64,000 nt of DNA, from assembly GCA_963755915.1 (NCBI GenBank), contig CAVWLP010000002.1, positions 3,424,001-3,488,000 on the forward strand, read 5' to 3'. A program made the translations under genes and the position numbers. Below the pieces are notes generated by a model. That model saw nothing but the letters and a program-made list of their open reading frames with translations, was not told where the DNA came from and ran no database searches. This document shows, piece after piece, positions 9,698-21,690 of this stretch. The stretch's first letter is position 1. Every line of letters begins with the position of its first letter. The stretch is from an uncultured Phycisphaerales bacterium (GTDB lineage: Bacteria; Planctomycetota; Phycisphaerae; Tepidisphaerales; Tepidisphaeraceae).

Positions 9698-11337
9698 TCA
9701 TCCTACCATCGCCTCCGCGATCTCGGATTTCTTGAAGGTATCCGGCCGCACTTCGTGAACGGGCATCCAGCGCGAAACGACCAGTTGCAATATCGCCACG
9801 CAGAGCATTCCGATGAAGACCCAGTGTAGGCCGGCGTCGATCATCCAGCCGGCGGAGTGGAGAACTTTCAGGGATAGCTGGGAGCGTAGATGGGGGTCGA
9901 GCAGCTTGGCGGGGGTTACGCCGGCGGATTCGAGGGCGGCGAGTTTTGGGAGGGTGACGATGTTGAAGATTGCGCCAGGATGCCGATTCCCATGGAGCCG
10001 CCGGCGGTTCGGAAGAACTGGATGCTGCTGGTGACGATTCCGCGGCGCTGCCAGCTTACGGCGTTTTGAGCGGAGAGGAGAAAGCTCATGGTGCAGGGGC
10101 CGAATCCGAAGCCGGTTAAGGCGAGAACGCCGGCGAGGACGTGCTTGGAGGCGCCGTAGGCGGTGCAGACGAGCAAGCCGCTGAAGCCAATGGTGACGAG
10201 GACTGAGCCAAGCATTGCTACGTTGCGGAAGCCCCAGCGGACGACGAGGGGGGCGGCGATGATTCCGGAGAGGGCCCAGGTGAGCATGACCGGAGTGACG
10301 ACCCAGGCGGCGGCGCCGGCGCCGCCGAGGCGGACGCCCTGAACGTAGAGCGGGACGAAGGTGTCGAGGCTTAGAAAACCGATTCCCATCAGACAGCTTC
10401 CGAGGAGGGACGGGCCGATGGATCGGTTCATGAGCAAATCGACGGGCATGATGGGATTGGTCGATTGGCGCTCGTTGGCGACGAAAAAGCAACCAGCCAC
10501 GATGGCCACGGCAAGAAGCGCGAGGGAGATTCCCAGCGACCATCCGCCGGGGCCCAGGCGGGAGACCAGGGCCAAGAGGGCCATACATCCGACGGCTAAT
10601 GAGACGATGCCGGGCAAGTCCAGGTCTACGTTTCGCGATTTTTCCGTGTCGTGATAGAAGCGCATGAGGACCAGCATCCCCAACAGGCCGAAGGGGAGAT
10701 TCACGAAGAAGATCGCCCGCCAGCCGAGGGTTGCGATCAGAAACCAACCGAGGATTGGGCCGGCCAGGGAAGACGTTCCCCAGACGCCGCTGAAAAGACC
10801 CTGGATGCGGGCGCGTTCTTCGAGGGTGAAAATGTCACCAAGGATGGTCAGGACGACCGGCATGATCCCGCCGGCGCCGAGTCCCTGCATTCCGCGGAAG
10901 GCGATCAATTGCGGCATCGTCCGCGCGGTTGATGCCAGCAGCGAGCTGATGGAGAAGAGGAGGATGGAAAAGAGGATGACGCGCTTGCGGCCGAGTGTGT
11001 CGGCAAGGCGGCCATAGAGCGGCATGCTCACGGTGCAGGCGAGCAGATAGATTGAGGCGACCCAGGAATAATGTTCGAGCCCGTGGAGCGATCCGATGAT
11101 GGTCGGCATGGCGGTGCTGGTGACGGTTTGCTCCATCGACGCGAGCACCATCACCAGCATGAGCGCGGCGGTGACCCATCTGCGGTCCATGCGTGGGCCG
11201 GTTTTCCGCGCCTGGACGATTTGAACGGGGGACGGGGGGACCATGTCGACGGACATGGCGCCGTTTCCTGAAGAATTTGTGTGTCTTGCCCCCATTACCG
11301 GCTCCGCCGGTTTCAAGCCCTCCATTGGACTGTCCAT
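9698..11337 (-). CDS. MFS drug:H+ antiporter, DHA2 (EmrB/QacA) family (frameshift near 9975)
   Basis: LASMEQTVTSTAMPTI, YGRLADTLGRK, FRGMQGLGAGG, WRAIFFVNLP. Confidence 0.9.
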
Positions 11338-11576
11338 GTATTTCCAACATCCTTCCGGAAAAACGCTGCGTCACTAATACATCGGAAAGTATATGCCGGT
11401 TTCGTGCGTCAAGGCGACGTACCCCAATTTTGGGGCATTGGCGACCGAGCGTCGCGGAAGATAAAACTTCGCAAAATTCAGCGGAATTTCTTGCATTCCC
11501 GACCCGATTCGATAGGATTTTGCGGTCGGGTTTCTCCCATCATTTCACCCAGGTTGTTTACAAAGGGAAGGGAAAA

Positions 11577-14500
11577 ATGAGCGCTCCGCAAACCGGTTCC
11601 TCGGCTGTCCGATCCTCTACGTTTTTGAAAAATTCAGCAGCTTCACACAAACGACGGCGAGTTGCGGCGACGGCGATCGTCTCGGCGATCGCCCTGGTCG
11701 ACTGCACTTCCCGCGTGATGGGGGCGACGCAGACCTCTACATGGGTCGGTGCTTCCAGCTCCAGTTGGAGCAGCGCGACGAACTGGAACCCGAGCAACAC
11801 GGATCCCAACAACGGCAGCGACTCGATCAGCGACTTCAACGTCATCATCAACTCAGTCACGTCGCCGGATGTCTCGCCCACGCTGAATGTTTCGGCAACG
11901 ATCGATTCGATGACGCTTGGCACGGGTGGGTCCCTGAACATCCAGGGCGGCAACAACCTGACGCTGAATGGCCCCACGCTTTCCAACAATGGCGTTATCG
12001 TCGTCAATAACAATCAAAGTTCCTTCTCCACTCTTACATTGACCGGCACACTTTCGGGAAATGGCACGGTTTCGCTCAACGAGGGGAGCACCCAGGCCGT
12101 CCTCGCGGGAACGATCACGCAATCTACCGGCCAAACGATCAGTGGCTTTGGGGAGATAACCGCCAGTCTGACCAACAATGGCACGGTTGACGCCAATACG
12201 TCAAGCCAGACCTTATCCCTGGTCACCAGCACAATGATCAATAGCGCGACAATGGAGGCCACCGGCGGTGGAACCCTTGCAATTAACGGGATTGATGTCG
12301 CTCAGACCGGTGGACAAATCGTCGCGTCCAACGGGGTTGTGGAACTGGTCGGCGGCGGACAGATTTCTGGCGGGACGGTCACCAGCACCCTGGGGGGTGT
12401 TGTCGAGGTCGCCAACTCCACCAGTGGACTGACCAATGTCACCAACTCCGGCACGATCAACATTGTGGGCGGCTCGAATCTCGACGTGAGCGGAACCTTA
12501 GCCAACAACGGCACGATCACCGTCAACAGCAACAACTCGTCTAGTTCGGAGATGAGCTTCAGTGGAGTAACCCTTTCGGGCACGGGCGCGATCGTGCTCA
12601 ATTCTTCGGGCACCGGCGCCAATATTGCCGGAACGCTTACACAGGACGCGGGTCACACCATCAGCGGATTTGGCGAGATCACCGCGAGCCTGACCAACGA
12701 CGGTGTGGTTAACGCCAACTCCTCCAGCCAGACGCTCTCTCTTACGTCCAACATGAACAACAACGCCACGATGGAGGCGACCGGGGGGGGATACTGGCCC
12801 TCGGCGGCACCAATGTTCATGTCACACAGAATGCGAGCGGCGACATTCTGGCATCGAATGGAGTGGTCGATCTCATTAACGGGGACGTCGTCGCCGGTGG
12901 GACACTGAACACGTCTTCGGGCGGCGTTATACAGGTGATCAATTCCAGTACCGCCGGGCTCAGCGGCGACCCGACGAACTCGGGCACGCTTAATATTGTG
13001 GGCGGTTCAAATCTGAACGTCAGCGGAAACCTGACCAATAACGGTACCATCACCGTTAACAGTAATAATTCGTCGAGCTCGACGATCAACTTCACCGGAA
13101 CGACGCTTTCCGGGAGCGGTGGGATTGTGCTTAACGCTCCAACCGCGCAGGCTGTCGTGGCTGGAATGGTGACCCAATCCAGCGGCAATAGCATCAGCGG
13201 CTTTGGAGAGATCACCGCATCGCTCACGAATAATGGCCTGGTCAATGCCAACATTGCTTCCGATACCCTCGTCGTCAGCAGTTCCACCTTGACTAATACT
13301 GCCACGATGGAAGCGACCAGCGGAACGCTGGAATTCACGAATGGGGTTGTGGTCACCAACACGGGCGGCAACATCAACGCGGTGGGGGAAAACATTGTTC
13401 TGGACAGCGTGTCAATTACCGGCGGAATTCTCAATTCGAGCAGTCCACAAGTGATTCTGGACAACGGCGGCGCAACATTTGGCGCATTGACGATTTCCGC
13501 CAATACAACGGTTGATGTCGCCGGGGGATCGGTCCTTACGCTCACCGGGACGTCCCTGACCAACGACGGGACGATCAATATAAATTACCTCAACGGGAGC
13601 TTTTCCACGCTTCAAGTGAATGCGAATACGCTGCTGACAGGAACTGGCAGCGTGACCCTGGATGCGCCCACCACCCAAGCGGTTATTGCCACGGGGACGA
13701 GCGACACGCTCACACAGGATGTGCAGCACACGATTTCCGGGTTCGGGGAGATTACGGCCGATTTTGTGAACAATGGAACGGTTGACGCGAACGTCGCCAG
13801 CCAGACGCTCGCGTTATTGACCAACAATATGACCAACAACGCCACGATGGAAGCAACCGCCAACGGTGTGCTGGAGATCGACGGGATCACGGTGACGCAG
13901 GGAACGAACGGCCATATCACCGCGTCGGGCGCGGCGAGCATTGTGAGCCTCGTTGGCGGCGCGACAATCTCGGGAGGAACACTCACCACCTCCGGTGGCG
14001 GCGTCATCCAGGCGACGACCTCCAGTACCGATGCACTCACGGGTGACCCGACCAATTCCGGTACGTTCAACATTGTGGGCGGCTCAAATCTCAGCGTCAG
14101 CGGAAACCTGATCAACAACGGCACCATCACCGTCAACAGCAATGATTCGTCGAGTTCAACCATTACCTTCACGGGAACGACGCTTTCCGGCACAGGCACG
14201 ATGGCGCTTAACGGCGCCACTGCTCAGGCTGTCATTGCCGGAACGCTCAGCCAATCCTCGACGAATACGATCATCGGGCTTGGAGAAATCACGGCCGCGC
14301 TTACCAACAACGGCACGGTGGACGCCGACTTCAGCAGCCAAAGCATCACGCTGCTCACCGGTAACATGACGAACAACGGAACAATGGAAGCCACCAGCGG
14401 CGCGACTCTGAACATAGATGGCATCACGCTCACCCAGGGGAGCGCCGGCCACGTGATTGCCAATAATTCCACCGTCGATCTCATCGCCGGGGCCACCATT

Positions 14501-15943
14501 TCGGGTGGAACCCTGACGACATTGTCCAGCGGCGTTATCCAGGCGACCAATTCCAGCACCGATACCCTCGAGGGTGACCCGACCAATTTGGGCACGTTTG
14601 ACATTGTGGGCGGTTCGAATCTGAACGTCAGCGGAAACCTGACCAACAACGGCACCATCGACGTCAACAGTGCTGATTCGTCGTTCTCAACGCTTACCTT
14701 CACGGGAACGACGCTCTCCGGCACGGGCGGGATCTTGCTCAACGGCGCCACTACCCAGGCCGTCATTGCGGGGACGCTCAGCCAATCTTCCACGAATACG
14801 ATCAGCGGGCTTGGAGAAATCACGGCCGCGCTCACCAACAACGGGACGGTGGACGCCAACTTCAGCAGCGCTACCCTCACGCTGCTGACCAGCAACATGA
14901 CGAACAACGCGACGATGGAGGCCACCAGCGGCGGGACTTTGAACATCGATGGCATCATGCTCACGCAGGGGAGCGGCGGTCAGGTCGTCGCCAATAATTC
15001 CACTGTCGACCTCCTCGGCAACGCGACCATTTCGGGCGGAACCCTGACCACGCCTTCCGGCGGCGTCATTCAGGCGATCAATTCCAGCACCGATTCCCTG
15101 ATTGGCGTAACCAATTCCGGCACATTCAATATTGTCGGCGGGTCGAACCTGACAGTTTCCGGCGGTCTGGTGAACAATGGAACCATCACAGTTAATTCCA
15201 ACACGTCTTCCTCTTCCACCCTCAGCGCAAACAGCGCGATCACAGGCACCGGCTCGCTGGTCATTAACGATGGCGGCGTTTTGCGCTTCGCGGTAAACAC
15301 CGGCGGCAGCAGCCAGGGTTCCGTGACAATTTCGGGCAACGGCCAGATGGACGTGAACAACAATCATTTCTTCATCAATTACGGTTCCGGTTCAGACCCG
15401 ATCGCGACGATCTATGGTTATCTGAAATCGGGCTACAACAGCGGCGGCTGGAATGGCCCGGGCATCATGTCCACAGCCGCGGCAACCGAGGACGCCACTG
15501 TTGGAGCCCTGAAGTACGGCATCGGCTGGGCGGACGGGAAGGACAAAATTGCTACTGGCATCAGCTCCGGAACGATCGAGCTGAAATATACGCTACTCGG
15601 CGATGCGAACCTGGATGGCACGGTCAACGGATCGGACTTCAGCCTCCTTGCGGCCAATTTCGGGCTGGGCGTCACCAACTGGGACCAGGGGAATTTCCTG
15701 TTCACCTCTTCGGTCAACGGGAGCGATTTCAGTGCTCTGGCCGCGAATTTCGGGCAGGGGGATAGCGGGGCGGATGCGTCGATTACCCCGGCCGATATTG
15801 CCGCGCTGGACGCATTTGCGGTGGCGAATGGCCTGCCTATTCCCGTCATTACTCCGGTGCCCGAACCGGCCTGCATGGCGGCGACAGTTATAGCAGCAGC
15901 CACGCTCGCGTCTCGCCGGCGGCGTCGGTCTTCCTTGAGCTGA
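11577..15943 (+). CDS. Large PEP-CTERM surface protein with beta-strand repeats and dockerin-like C-terminal module (frameshift at G8 run 12783-12790)
   Basis: Signal peptide, six ISG(F/L)GEITA.LTNNG.V.AN repeats, GDANLDGTVNGSDF, and terminal VPEPA-TM-RRRRR. Confidence 0.88.
12130..15230 (+). repeat. Six tandem intragenic repeats of about 530-540 bp (about 178 aa)
   Basis: The GEITA motif recurs at about 12150, 12670, 13205, 13745, 14285 and 14815. The last two units are near-identical in DNA. Confidence 0.8.
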
Positions 15944-15965
15944 GGGGTCGCGCGAGAAAGGGAAT

Positions 15966-16994
15966 TCAGCGCGGCGCGTTGTTGCCCACGGGCGCTCCGC
16001 TGGTGGATCCGCGCACAATCAGGTGCTCGGGGAGCCGAAATTCCCGCGGTGTCAGGGGCTTGGGGGAGACAAGGTCATTGAGAAGAATTTCGGCCGCCAG
16101 GCGTCCCATTTCCCGGCCGGGGACCGCCACGGTGGTGATCGCGGGGCAGATCGTCGACATTGGAAAAACGTCGTTGAAGCAGACGAGGCTCAGGTCCATC
16201 GGAATCCGCAGGCCCATCGCCTGGGCGGCGCCGAGAATCATGAAAGCGACGTGATGGTCGTAGGCGACGATTGCCGTGGCCCCGGCGCTCATGATGTCGC
16301 GCACGAATTGTCCGGGGGCGTGGGTTTGAAAGGGCTGATCGTGGCCCGGCGCCAGCCGCAGATGGACGGATGGGGCGAACTCCACCAGGGTCTTGTGCCG
16401 TTCCTGCATGCTGTAATGCGGGAAGTAATAGCTGGGGGCGTTTGCGTAGGCGATCAGCTCATGATGGCAGTCGGAGAGGTGGAGCAGGATGCTCTTCATT
16501 CCCGAGACGTCGTCCGCCATCACCCAGGCCGCGGGATTTCCGATGCGCTCGTTGACGCAGACGTAGGGGACGTGGCGGAGGTCGAGTTCGTCAACGATTT
16601 CCTGGCGGGGGGCCTGCATCAGGACGGCGCCGTCGAACCGCCAGAAGGGAACGGGATTTTTGGTTCGTCGCCGGCGGCTGAGGCCATAGAAAACGTCGTA
16701 CCCGGCGGTGTGGAGAATCTCGGTGATGCCTTCGACCAGCGATTCGTTGATTCCATCGGCCAGGTGCGTGTGGGGGGAGGCGAAGAGGCCGACCACGCGG
16801 GAATTTCGCATGCTCAGGTTCCGCGCACTGATGTCGGGGACGTAGCCGAGTTTCGCGGCGGTATCCTGAATTTTTTCGCGGACGGCAGGGGAGGTGGAGA
16901 AATTTGTATGATTGTTCAGGACGCGACTGACCGTGGCCGGAGTGACGCTGCAAAGACGCGCGATATCGGCGATCATTGGACGCTTTTGCACCAC
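15966..16994 (-). CDS. LacI family transcriptional regulator
   Basis: HTH IADIARLCSVTPATVSRVLN, LGYVPD..ARNL, and C-terminal DLSLVCFND...ITTV...LIVRGST. Confidence 0.92.
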   Translation of the reverse strand: MVQKRPMIADIARLCSVTPATVSRVLNNHTNFSTSPAVREKIQDTAAKLGYVPDISARNLSMRNSRVVGLFASPHTHLADGINESLVEGITEILHTAGYDVFYGLSRRRRTKNPVPFWRFDGAVLMQAPRQEIVDELDLRHVPYVCVNERIGNPAAWVMADDVSGMKSILLHLSDCHHELIAYANAPSYYFPHYSMQERHKTLVEFAPSVHLRLAPGHDQPFQTHAPGQFVRDIMSAGATAIVAYDHHVAFMILGAAQAMGLRIPMDLSLVCFNDVFPMSTICPAITTVAVPGREMGRLAAEILLNDLVSPKPLTPREFRLPEHLIVRGSTSGAPVGNNAPR

Positions 16995-17126
16995 CCCAAA
17001 AGTATACAACACCCCTTCTCAGGCGGGAAATTTTCCCGACATCGGCGCACACCCAAATGCCCGTCCTATCCGGACATATATTCCATCTTCACTTTTTCGC
17101 GATGGTAGCTTTCCCAAGCCTTCAGA

Positions 17127-18133
17127 TCATGGCTTCGGCGGGCCAGTGGACCCGCGGACGATCAGATCCTCGGCAACGCGCACCTCCTTCCCGATGTTTC
17201 TGCTGGGAGAAATGAATTGATTCAGCAGCAGGTCCGCAGCCATCCGGCCCATCTCCCGGCCAGGGACCGAGACGACTGACAAGGGGGGATAGAGCGTGGC
17301 CACGGGAAAGACGTCGTTGAAGCAGACGAGGCTGAAGTCGAAGGGAACGCGCAGGCCCATTTCCTGCGCGGCGCCAGGAGGGTGATCGCGCGCTTGTGAT
17401 CGTAGGCGATCACCGCGGTGGCCGATTGCTTCACGACGGTTTTCAGGAGGAATTCCGAGGCGCAGTGGCAGGGCGTTTCGTGCCCGCTGACCAGCTCGAG
17501 GCTGCCGCCGGCGGCGGCGAGCAGGGTGTTGTAGCGGTCCATGACGCTGTAGTGCCTGGGCTCGGCGATTCGCGCGTTGGCGTAGGCAAAACGCCGGTGG
17601 CCGAGCTGCACGAGGTGGTCGATGGCGCGGTTCATGCCCATCACGTCGTCGGCAAGGACGTAGGCGGTTGCCTGTCCGACCCGCTCGTTGACGCAGACGT
17701 AGGGAACGCCGCGGGTGTCGAGTTCGATGACGGTATCGGGCTTGGGGTCCTGCATGAGGACGGCGCCGTCGAATCGCCAGGGAGGCAGGCGCTCGCGGGT
17801 TTTGTGGATGGGGGTCATCTCGAAGAAGACTTCGTAGCCGCCGCTATGCAGCGTCTCGACGATTCCTTCGATCAGGGGCTCGTTGATCCCCTCGGCGACA
17901 TGGGTTCGCGGGGAGGCGAATAAGCCGACGACGTTGGTATTTCCGGTGCTCAGGGAGCGGGCGTTGGGGTCTGGGCGATAGCCGAGATCTTGTGTGGCGA
18001 TCAGGATTTTCTGGCGCACTTCCTCCGTGGTGGAGAAATTGTTGTCGCGTTTGTGGTTGAGGACGCGACTGACCGTGGCGGCGCTCACCCCGCAGCTTCT
18101 GGCGACATCTGACAACGTCGGACGCTTGTCCAC
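17127..18133 (-). CDS. LacI family transcriptional regulator, tandem paralog (frameshift near 17375)
   Basis: LSDVARSCGVSAATVSRVLN. Shares VVGLFASP.TH.A.GINE and WRFDGAVLMQ with the neighbour. C-terminus is in ORF 17127..17360. Confidence 0.9.
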
Positions 18134-18173
18134 CGGTACTACACTCCCCGCGGTAGAAAAAAGTGGTTGCAGA

Positions 18174-20213
18174 TCATGTGCGCCGTTTCCGCCGGGCGGA
18201 GAGCGCGGTTCCGCAAACCAGCAGCAGGCCGACCGATGCCGGCTCGGGAACGGCGCCGATGACCGGCGCCGGCAATCCGTTGGCCGCGGCAAACGCGTCC
18301 AGCGCGGCGACGTCGGCGGGGGTGACCAGGTCGTCGGCGCCGCTGTCGCCCTGTCCGAAATTCGCTGCCAACGCCGAGAAATCGCTGCCGTTTACCGACG
18401 AGGAGAAGAGGAAGTTTCCCTGGTCCCAGTTGGTGACGCCCAGGCCGAAATTGGCGGCGAGGATGCTGAAGTCGGAGCCGTTTACACTTCCGTCAAGGTT
18501 GGCATCGCCGACGAGCGTATATTTGAGCTCGATCTGCCCGCTGGAAAGGCCGGCGACGGCGTGGGTTCCGTCATCGCCGTCCGCGAAACCGACGCCGTAT
18601 TGGAGGCCGTTGGTGGGGACCTGTGCGGCCGAGGAAATGATTCCCGGCCCGTTCCATGCGCCGTTGTTGAAGCCCGATTTCAGATAGCCGTAAATCGATG
18701 ACAGCGGATCGCTGTTGCTGCCGTAATTGATGAAAATGTGGTTGTTGGCGATGTCCAGCGTGGCGTTGCCGCTGATCGTGAGGCTGGAAAGCGTTTCGCC
18801 CGTGGCGTTGGTCGCGAGCTGAAGCAGGCCGCCGGTGATGTTGACGTTGCTGTTGGCGGGGAGGGCGGAGGCTTTGCTGATGAGAAGCGTTCCACCGGTG
18901 ACGGTTGTCCCGCCGCCGTAAGTGTTGGAGCCGCTGAGGGCGACGGTTCCGGCACTGAGGGCCATGGTGGTGGAGACCAGGTCGATTCCGCCGTTGCCGC
19001 TGATGTTGCCGGAAATGGTGAAGGTGTTGGTGGCCTGGCCGACGGCGATGTCGACGCTTGTCGCGAGGCTTACCGGAGCGGAAATGGTGTGGTTGCCGAA
19101 CGCGTCGTTGATTTGGGCGACGGCATTGGTGGTGGTGAGCGTAGAGGCCGCGAAGTTCTGGCTGTAGGTGAGACTGGGCGTGTTGCCGTTGAGGGTAAGA
19201 GTTCCACCCGTGCCCTGGGCGATGGTGTAGGAGACTCCGCTGGTGAAGTTCATCGTTCCAACGCTGACCTGGAATTCCTCGTCGCCGTTGAGCGTGATGG
19301 TCGTGGGGACTCCGATCGAGTTGCCGAATGTGACGATATCGCCGGGATTGGAGGGGAGCGATGTTCCATTCCAGTTGGTGAGCGTGCCCCAGTGATAGGT
19401 GCCGTCGGCGTTCATCCCTGCCTGGTTGGTCCAGGTGGCGTTGACCTGATTGTTGTTGAGGCGGAAGTTGTCGAAATGAAAGGTGCCGACGACGTTGGAG
19501 CTGGTAACCAGAATGAATTCCACCCATTGTGGGTCGGGCCCGATGAGTTGGCTGAGCGTTTGGGTTGAGCCGGAGGGAACATAATCGCCGTAGTCCCAGA
19601 TGAGGGTGCGGGTTGTGGTGCCGGGATAGTCGGTCGGGTCCCAGCCGCCCGGGAAGTTCTGGTTTGAAGTGTCGTAGGCGGGAAAGCCCTGGTAACTCTG
19701 CTCGCCCTTAGGACTCAGGGTGAGAAAGCCGTTGTTCGTGCCGCCCGCGCTGGAATAGTTGATGACCAATCCGAGGTTTGCATAGTTGGCGCCGGACCAC
19801 TCGGCGGAGTTGTAGGTGACATCCATTTCATAGAATTTGTTGTCGACAACGTCTTGCAGGGCACTGTTGCCTTGGGCGTCGTTCTCCCACTCGCTTTTCC
19901 AGGAGAGGCCCTGGTAATAGCCGGAGGTATTGGCGGTGGGCCCGGTGAAGGCGAGGGCGGAGGAGCCAAGCGTCGCGCCTTCTGAGCTGTAGGTGTAAAA
20001 GGGGGACGGCAAATCGACGCTGGGGGTGGCGCCGGGGTTGTAATTGTTGTCGCTTCCGCCGTTGCTGATTGTCCAATCGAAGAATCCCTCGTTATTGCCG
20101 TTCTCAAAATCCCCGACGGTGATATAGGCGCGTGCCGCCGCGGACCAGAGCGCCGTCGCGGCCAGCGAGCCGGCGAGGCATATTGCCTTGGCGTTTTTCT
20201 TTCGGATCGACAT
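18174..20213 (-). CDS. PEP-CTERM protein: CBM-like N-domain, passenger-type beta repeat, dockerin-like module
   Basis: Signal peptide, GTVALSGSNTYGGGTTVTGGTL, GDANLDGSVNGSDF, VPEPASVGLLL..RRKRR. Confidence 0.88.
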   Translation of the reverse strand: MSIRKKNAKAICLAGSLAATALWSAAARAYITVGDFENGNNEGFFDWTISNGGSDNNYNPGATPSVDLPSPFYTYSSEGATLGSSALAFTGPTANTSGYYQGLSWKSEWENDAQGNSALQDVVDNKFYEMDVTYNSAEWSGANYANLGLVINYSSAGGTNNGFLTLSPKGEQSYQGFPAYDTSNQNFPGGWDPTDYPGTTTRTLIWDYGDYVPSGSTQTLSQLIGPDPQWVEFILVTSSNVVGTFHFDNFRLNNNQVNATWTNQAGMNADGTYHWGTLTNWNGTSLPSNPGDIVTFGNSIGVPTTITLNGDEEFQVSVGTMNFTSGVSYTIAQGTGGTLTLNGNTPSLTYSQNFAASTLTTTNAVAQINDAFGNHTISAPVSLATSVDIAVGQATNTFTISGNISGNGGIDLVSTTMALSAGTVALSGSNTYGGGTTVTGGTLLISKASALPANSNVNITGGLLQLATNATGETLSSLTISGNATLDIANNHIFINYGSNSDPLSSIYGYLKSGFNNGAWNGPGIISSAAQVPTNGLQYGVGFADGDDGTHAVAGLSSGQIELKYTLVGDANLDGSVNGSDFSILAANFGLGVTNWDQGNFLFSSSVNGSDFSALAANFGQGDSGADDLVTPADVAALDAFAAANGLPAPVIGAVPEPASVGLLLVCGTALSARRKRRT

Positions 20214-20289
20214 GGGCCCTCCAGTTTCGATTCCAGGTTTCCTCTTACCAACCTCCGCAATTCCTACGCCGGTTGCGGGCTTAATCGCC

Positions 20290-21354
20290 TTATTGATTCC
20301 TGTTGACTAAAAGATTCTTCAAAAGCAGTGATGAAGTGTTGTTGTGCGGATTGAACGCGTAGGTTTCGACGTGCCCATCAACCATCAAGGCATTGGCGGC
20401 AGTATTCCCCAGGTGCCGGAAGCGGATGTTGCGGGCGTTGCAGGGCAGCCCTTTGGGGTCGGTCCCGGCGGGATTGCCGTCGTCCTGGTTCACGTGGGCA
20501 AGTGAATCCGAGACCGCGGCGAAGACGTCGCCAAGCGGCACGGGCGTGGCCTGATTTACATTGCCCGGTATGAGGCTGTAATTGTTGTTGGTAAGCGCGC
20601 CGAAGTTCGAACTGAAATATATCCAGCCGTCGCAGAGGCCTTCGCCAACTGGAGTTCCCCCGTTTCCCGAGACGCGCCAGGAACCGCTGGTCATCTGCGC
20701 CAGCGACCCGTCCATGACCAGGGCGATCTGCGCAGACAGGTTGATTTTCGCTATTTTGTAGGGGACCAGAAACTTCGGATTGGTGATGATGTTGAAGAGC
20801 GCATCGTAGTCGCCAAGGGCGGGCATCAAACGGGGATGACAGATGTACTGGTAAGTCAGGTTGTTGGGGTCATATTGAGGGCCCGGCGGCGCGCTGGGGC
20901 ACATGAACACCTGGCGCACTCTGCTTTGAATCTGGTTCTGGCTTTGGGTTCCGCTGTTGTAGGTGCTGCTGACGGAGCCGTTGAGATCATTTTGAATTAA
21001 AGTCGTCCAGTCCGACCCGTTGACCCAACCGGCCGGCGGCGTGCTGGCCCAATTCGGGTTGGCGTTGGGATTTCCCGCTCCATATCCAGTCCAAATTCCG
21101 TAGGGAAGCGTCCCGCTGTTATCGATGAGGTAGATGTTGATCGCCTGTCCGATTTGCCGCAGATTCGACTGGCAGGCGACGAGGTTGGCCTGTTCGCGAG
21201 CCCGTTGCAATGCCGGCAGGAGGACTGCCACCAAGATCGCGATAATTCCAATAACAACCAGAAGCTCGACAAGGGTGAAGGCCCCGGTCCGTTTCCCCTC
21301 TCTCCTGCAACGCCCGATTTTTCCGCTGTGCGGTTGAATTGTGGTGTTTTTCAT
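20290..21354 (-). CDS. Prepilin-type N-terminal cleavage/methylation protein with H-X9-DG motif (DUF1559-like)
   Basis: [31 protein letters not shown]...CQSNLRQIG, and [20 protein letters not shown]. Confidence 0.92.
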   Translation of the reverse strand: MKNTTIQPHSGKIGRCRREGKRTGAFTLVELLVVIGIIAILVAVLLPALQRAREQANLVACQSNLRQIGQAINIYLIDNSGTLPYGIWTGYGAGNPNANPNWASTPPAGWVNGSDWTTLIQNDLNGSVSSTYNSGTQSQNQIQSRVRQVFMCPSAPPGPQYDPNNLTYQYICHPRLMPALGDYDALFNIITNPKFLVPYKIAKINLSAQIALVMDGSLAQMTSGSWRVSGNGGTPVGEGLCDGWIYFSSNFGALTNNNYSLIPGNVNQATPVPLGDVFAAVSDSLAHVNQDDGNPAGTDPKGLPCNARNIRFRHLGNTAANALMVDGHVETYAFNPHNNTSSLLLKNLLVNRNQ

Positions 21355-21432
21355 GGATAGACCATCTCCGCCAGGGCCACAGTCTTTCCTGTCGCCGGGT
21401 TTGAATGCCGTGGGCACTCAAATCGACATGCT

Positions 21433-21450
21433 TAGGTAACCGTTTACCTA
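21433..21450. promoter_or_regulatory. LacI-type operator TAGGTAACCGTTTACCTA
   Basis: 16/18 palindrome with central CG. It abuts a minus-strand TTGACT-N16-TACTGT promoter-like sequence upstream of the prepilin gene. Confidence 0.75.
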
Positions 21451-21690
21451 CAGTATATTCCGGCAGATTTTAGTCAATAGAAAAAGCGCGGGAATTTTTG
21501 AAACCCGCGCACATTGCTGGTATTTCCGTACAGGAATTGACGTTGATTGCAGATGAATTACGATCGCGGCTTGGCCAGAAACCGTTTCATCCAGAAACGG
21601 TGTCATCCGGGGACCGGCGCTGCTGTCGCCCGATCCCCGGATGTTCCGTGTGCCCTATTGAACGCGATCTGGAGGGAGATCGCACCAAGC

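Noticed and set aside
12783-12790. G8 tract as a phase-variation switch in the large PEP-CTERM gene (G9 restores the frame)
   Set aside because: Cannot be distinguished from the background indel errors without read-level length distributions.
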